A stretch of DNA of 39,270 nt from sequence record NC_015249.1; one strand, 5' to 3'. The position numbers and the translations under genes are program-made. This DNA comes from Escherichia phage 285P. Of the stretch, positions 36,140 through 39,270 are shown in pieces. Each line of letters starts with the position of its first letter. Positions within the stretch are counted from its first letter, which is position 1. The notes below the pieces were generated by a model. That model was not told the origin of the DNA. It saw nothing but the letters and a program-made list of their open reading frames with translations, and searched no databases.

Positions 36140-36697
36140 ATGGCTACTACAAACTCAAGAACCCGCACACTCTGGACCATCAATGGTCGCTCGCCAGACA
36201 GTCGTGATGTGTATGACCTAAACAATATTGGTATTCGTGTTGGGCGTATCGACATCCCAGCTTCGGAGATGGTTAAGGTTGAGGGCTACTCTAAGGTTGA
36301 ATACGTTATCCAACTGAGTGATGGCACCACTGAGCAACATGCTACGTTCGAGACCCTTATGTCCACTTGGGGTGGCTCCGTCGAGTCTAAACCGGGTAGC
36401 GGGTTCATGACGGTGTTCCTGAATGAGCAAAGCACTGAGCGACTCGGTATGGTTCGAATCGACGTATACAAAGAGTGGACTGGTGCTGACCCTGAACCTG
36501 AAGGTGGTATGGCTTCCTTAGTTAGTGCAACGCTTTCTGCGTCTGATAGTGAATTTGGCACACAGTTCGTGGATAGCGAAGGGAAGAGCGCTTCCGTTAT
36601 GTTCCAACCTAGTAACATCGACGGGGCTGTATCCAAGACCGACACTATCAAGGCTCTTGAGAAGCGCATCGCTGCCTTAGAGAAACCTGCCGAGTAA
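36140..36697 (+). CDS. hypothetical protein inserted between Rz/Rz1 and large terminase
   Basis: 185-aa ORF with AAGGAG RBS 9 nt upstream; no TM; C-terminal amphipathic helix (TIKALEKRIAALEKPAE). T7 has gene 19 directly after 18.5. Confidence 0.6.
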   Translation: MATTNSRTRTLWTINGRSPDSRDVYDLNNIGIRVGRIDIPASEMVKVEGYSKVEYVIQLSDGTTEQHATFETLMSTWGGSVESKPGSGFMTVFLNEQSTERLGMVRIDVYKEWTGADPEPEGGMASLVSATLSASDSEFGTQFVDSEGKSASVMFQPSNIDGAVSKTDTIKALEKRIAALEKPAE

Positions 36698-36712
36698 CAA
36701 TAGGAGGCCACA

Positions 36713-38470
36713 ATGTCTACTCAAGCAAACAAGAATGCGCTCATCGTGGCGCAACTTAAGGGTGACTTCGTGGCCTTCCTGTTCGTCTTATGGAAGGCTC
36801 TGAACTTACCTAAACCAACCAAGTGTCAGATTGATATGGCACGTACACTCGCTAATGGCGACCACAAGAAGTTTATCCTTCAGGCGTTCCGTGGTATCGG
36901 CAAGTCCTTTATCACCTGTGCGTTCGTCGTGTGGGTCTTATGGCGTGACCCTCAACTCAAGGTGCTCATCGTGTCTGCCTCTAAGGAACGTGCTGATGCT
37001 AACTCCATCTTCATCAAGAACATCATCGACCTGCTGCCATTCCTCTCTGAGTTGAAACCTCGACCGGGACAGCGTGACTCTGTGATTAGCTTCGACGTTG
37101 GCTTGGCGAAACCCGACCACTCACCTTCTGTGAAGTCTGTGGGTATCACTGGTCAGTTGACTGGTAGTCGTGCTGACATCATTATCGCAGATGACGTTGA
37201 GGTTCCCGGCAACAGTTCTACAAGCTCTGCTCGTGAGAAGCTCTGGACGTTGGTAACTGAGTTCGCTGCATTACTTAAGCCGCTGCCTACCTCTCGTGTT
37301 ATCTACCTTGGCACACCTCAAACTGAGATGACGCTCTACAAGGAACTTGAGGATAACAAAGGGTACAGCACAGTAATCTGGCCAGCACAGTATCCTCGCA
37401 ATGATGCTGAGGCTCTCTACTATGGGGACCGCTTGGCTCCGATGCTTAAGACTGAATACGATGAAGGCTTCGAGTTACTTCGTGGTCAACCTACTGACCC
37501 TGTTCGATTCGACATGGATGACCTCCGTGAACGTGAACTCGAATATGGTAAAGCTGGCTACACTCTTCAGTTCATGCTCAACCCGAACCTTAGTGATGCC
37601 GAGAAGTACCCGCTACGACTCCGTGACGCTATCGTGTGCGCTGTGGACCCTGAACGTGCCCCATTGTCTTACCAGTGGTTGCCGAACCGTCAGAACCGCA
37701 ATGAGGAACTCCCTAACGTTGGTCTGAAGGGTGATGACATCCATGCGTTCCATACGTGCTCTTCTCGTACCGCTGAGTATCAGTCTAAGATTCTGGTCAT
37801 TGACCCAAGTGGTCGCGGTAAGGATGAGACCGGGTATGCAGTCCTCTACTCACTGAACGGTTACATCTACCTGATGGAAGTCGGAGGGTTCCGTGGTGGC
37901 TACGATGATGCTACCTTAGAGAAGCTCGCTAAGAAGGCCAAGCAGTGGAAGGTACAGACAGTCGTCCATGAGTCCAACTTCGGTGACGGTATGTTCGGTA
38001 AGATTTTCTCTCCGATTCTCCTGAAGCACCATAAGTGTGCCTTAGAGGAAATCCGTGCTAAGGGCATGAAGGAGATGAGAATCTGCGATACTATCGAACC
38101 GTTGATGGGTGCGCACAAGCTGGTCATTCGTGATGAGGTTATCCGTGAGGACTACCAGACTGCTCGTGACCTTGATGGGAAACATGATGTTCGATATAGT
38201 GCGTTCTATCAGATGACCCGTATGACTCGTGAGCGCGGCGCTGTGGCACATGATGACCGCATTGATGCTATCGCATTGGGTATCGAGTTCCTTCGTGAAG
38301 GGATGCTTGTGGACAGCCGTGTAGGTGAAGAAGAGATGACTCTTGAGTTCCTTGAACACCACATGGAGAAACAGACCATTGGTGGTGATGCTATCCATAG
38401 CTACGATGTTGGTGGCGTGGACATCTACTATGAGGACGATGGAGACTCTAGCTGCTTCATTGAGTGGTAA
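36713..38470 (+). CDS. 19: terminase large subunit (DNA maturase B)
   Basis: 585 aa (T7 gp19 is 586); near-identity over long stretches as recalled ([56 protein letters not shown]). Confidence 0.97.
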   Translation: MSTQANKNALIVAQLKGDFVAFLFVLWKALNLPKPTKCQIDMARTLANGDHKKFILQAFRGIGKSFITCAFVVWVLWRDPQLKVLIVSASKERADANSIFIKNIIDLLPFLSELKPRPGQRDSVISFDVGLAKPDHSPSVKSVGITGQLTGSRADIIIADDVEVPGNSSTSSAREKLWTLVTEFAALLKPLPTSRVIYLGTPQTEMTLYKELEDNKGYSTVIWPAQYPRNDAEALYYGDRLAPMLKTEYDEGFELLRGQPTDPVRFDMDDLRERELEYGKAGYTLQFMLNPNLSDAEKYPLRLRDAIVCAVDPERAPLSYQWLPNRQNRNEELPNVGLKGDDIHAFHTCSSRTAEYQSKILVIDPSGRGKDETGYAVLYSLNGYIYLMEVGGFRGGYDDATLEKLAKKAKQWKVQTVVHESNFGDGMFGKIFSPILLKHHKCALEEIRAKGMKEMRICDTIEPLMGAHKLVIRDEVIREDYQTARDLDGKHDVRYSAFYQMTRMTRERGAVAHDDRIDAIALGIEFLREGMLVDSRVGEEEMTLEFLEHHMEKQTIGGDAIHSYDVGGVDIYYEDDGDSSCFIEW

Positions 38471-38559
38471 TATAGATAAGTATGCGGGAAAGGTGCATAG
38501 GTAAGCACTTAGTACCGCTACGTTACCATTAAGTAACTTACTGATATACATGAAGAAAT

Positions 38560-38582
38560 TAATACGACTCACTATTGGGAAG
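38560..38582 (+). promoter_or_regulatory. T7-type promoter (phiOR-like) TAATACGACTCACTATTGGGAAG
   Basis: Seen in sequence; rightmost promoter. Confidence 0.8.
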
Positions 38583-38738
38583 GGCACCCTAAGACAACTT
38601 AAAGACACTTATAGACTGCATATGCAAAGTGCATACTTAGTGACTACTCTTAGAGACCCTTACAGTGAGGGATGATAGTAATAGTAATTACATCCCCACT
38701 ATCAGTGTAACCATCAAGTATAACAAGGAGGACGCTCT

Positions 38739-38834
38739 ATGCGCTTACTATCCGTGCTCAAGACACTGGCAACGCATCGAGTGACCTACAAATTTTCTCG
38801 CTGTACTTGCTGCTTCCATTGGTCTCGCATCTAG
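38739..38834 (+). CDS. small Cys-rich ORF (31 aa; gene 19.5 position)
   Basis: AAGGAGG RBS 7 nt upstream; MRLLSVLKTLATHRVTYKFSRCTCCFHWSRI. Confidence 0.3.
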   Translation: MRLLSVLKTLATHRVTYKFSRCTCCFHWSRI

Positions 38835-38984
38835 TGCTGAACACATCGGTGAACTGGAGACTCTGCTTTGTTCTCTACTCACTTGTGTTCCATAGACTGC
38901 TCATTGGCGCTTAGTGCGCTCTTAGTGATTATGGTCGATATACATCTTCCCTATAATCACTGTAAGAAGTCAACTGTAAGAGTA

Positions 38985-39225
38985 ACCCTTATGTACCCTC
39001 TATGGTCTACAGGGTCTCTTATGGTCTCACCTTATGATAGAGCCTCTGTGGTTAACCTTATGAGACTTGATGTACCCCCTTTAAGAATCCTACAGAAAAA
39101 TCTGAGAGGGTATCTCATAGTTCATACAAAGTGTTTCCCCCCTATGGCCTCCTTCAGTTCACCCAAAGAGTCGGCCCCTTATGGTAACTTATGGTTTACG
39201 TGAAGTCAATCCTTATGTGAGACAT
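38985..39225. repeat. right-end array of dispersed short direct repeats (C)CTTATG(G/A), at least 7 copies
   Basis: Seen: CTTATG at ~38988, 39018, 39030, 39056, 39177, 39188, 39213; typical of T7-family regions adjacent to the terminal repeat. Confidence 0.5.
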
Positions 39226-39270
39226 TGGGTTAACTCTAGGTGTTACCACTAGATATGGTGCTTAGTGATA

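Noticed and set aside
36831-37727. Alternative-frame ORFs inside the large terminase gene (36831-37055, 37401-37727), reminiscent of T7 genes 19.2/19.3
   Set aside because: No start-site context or recognisable similarity; cannot be supported from sequence alone.
38868-39203. 111-aa + strand ORF in the right-end repeat region
   Set aside because: Lies in the low-complexity CTTATG repeat array next to the terminal repeat, has no RBS and no counterpart in T7-like phages; probably non-coding.

Overview
The 39,270-bp window reads as an almost complete, colinear genome of a T7-like podophage (Autographiviridae, T7/T3 group). Every credible gene is on the + strand in the canonical T7 order: early anti-restriction and kinase genes, single-subunit RNA polymerase, DNA metabolism, structural genes, then lysis and packaging. 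I count about 16 T7-type phage promoters (TAATACGACTCAC core), four candidate host sigma70-type early promoters at the left end, an early intrinsic terminator after the ligase block, a T-phi-like terminator after the capsid gene, and short repeat arrays at both window ends. The genome is a mosaic: a T3-type SAM lyase sits in the gene 0.3 slot behind a T7-like leader, and I see no recognisable ocr, gene 5.9 or gene 7. Things the standard T7 map does not explain are: a 185-aa membrane-anchored coiled-coil ORF between gene 1 and gene 1.1 (5534-6091); a 185-aa ORF between Rz/Rz1 and the large terminase (36140-36697); a systematic T at promoter position -1; a thrice-repeated ~45-nt RNase-III-type hairpin element; a duplicated degenerate promoter-RBS module; and an expanded repeat shaft in the tail fiber. 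I found no CRISPR array, tRNA, rRNA, integrase or transposase. No multi-gene defence or anti-defence system is evident; the candidate novelties are single inserted ORFs whose function cannot be assigned from sequence alone. All homology statements rest on my recollection of T7/T3 proteins and need confirmation by database search. Coordinates of features shorter than 60 aa and of regulatory sites were counted by hand and may be off by a base or two.
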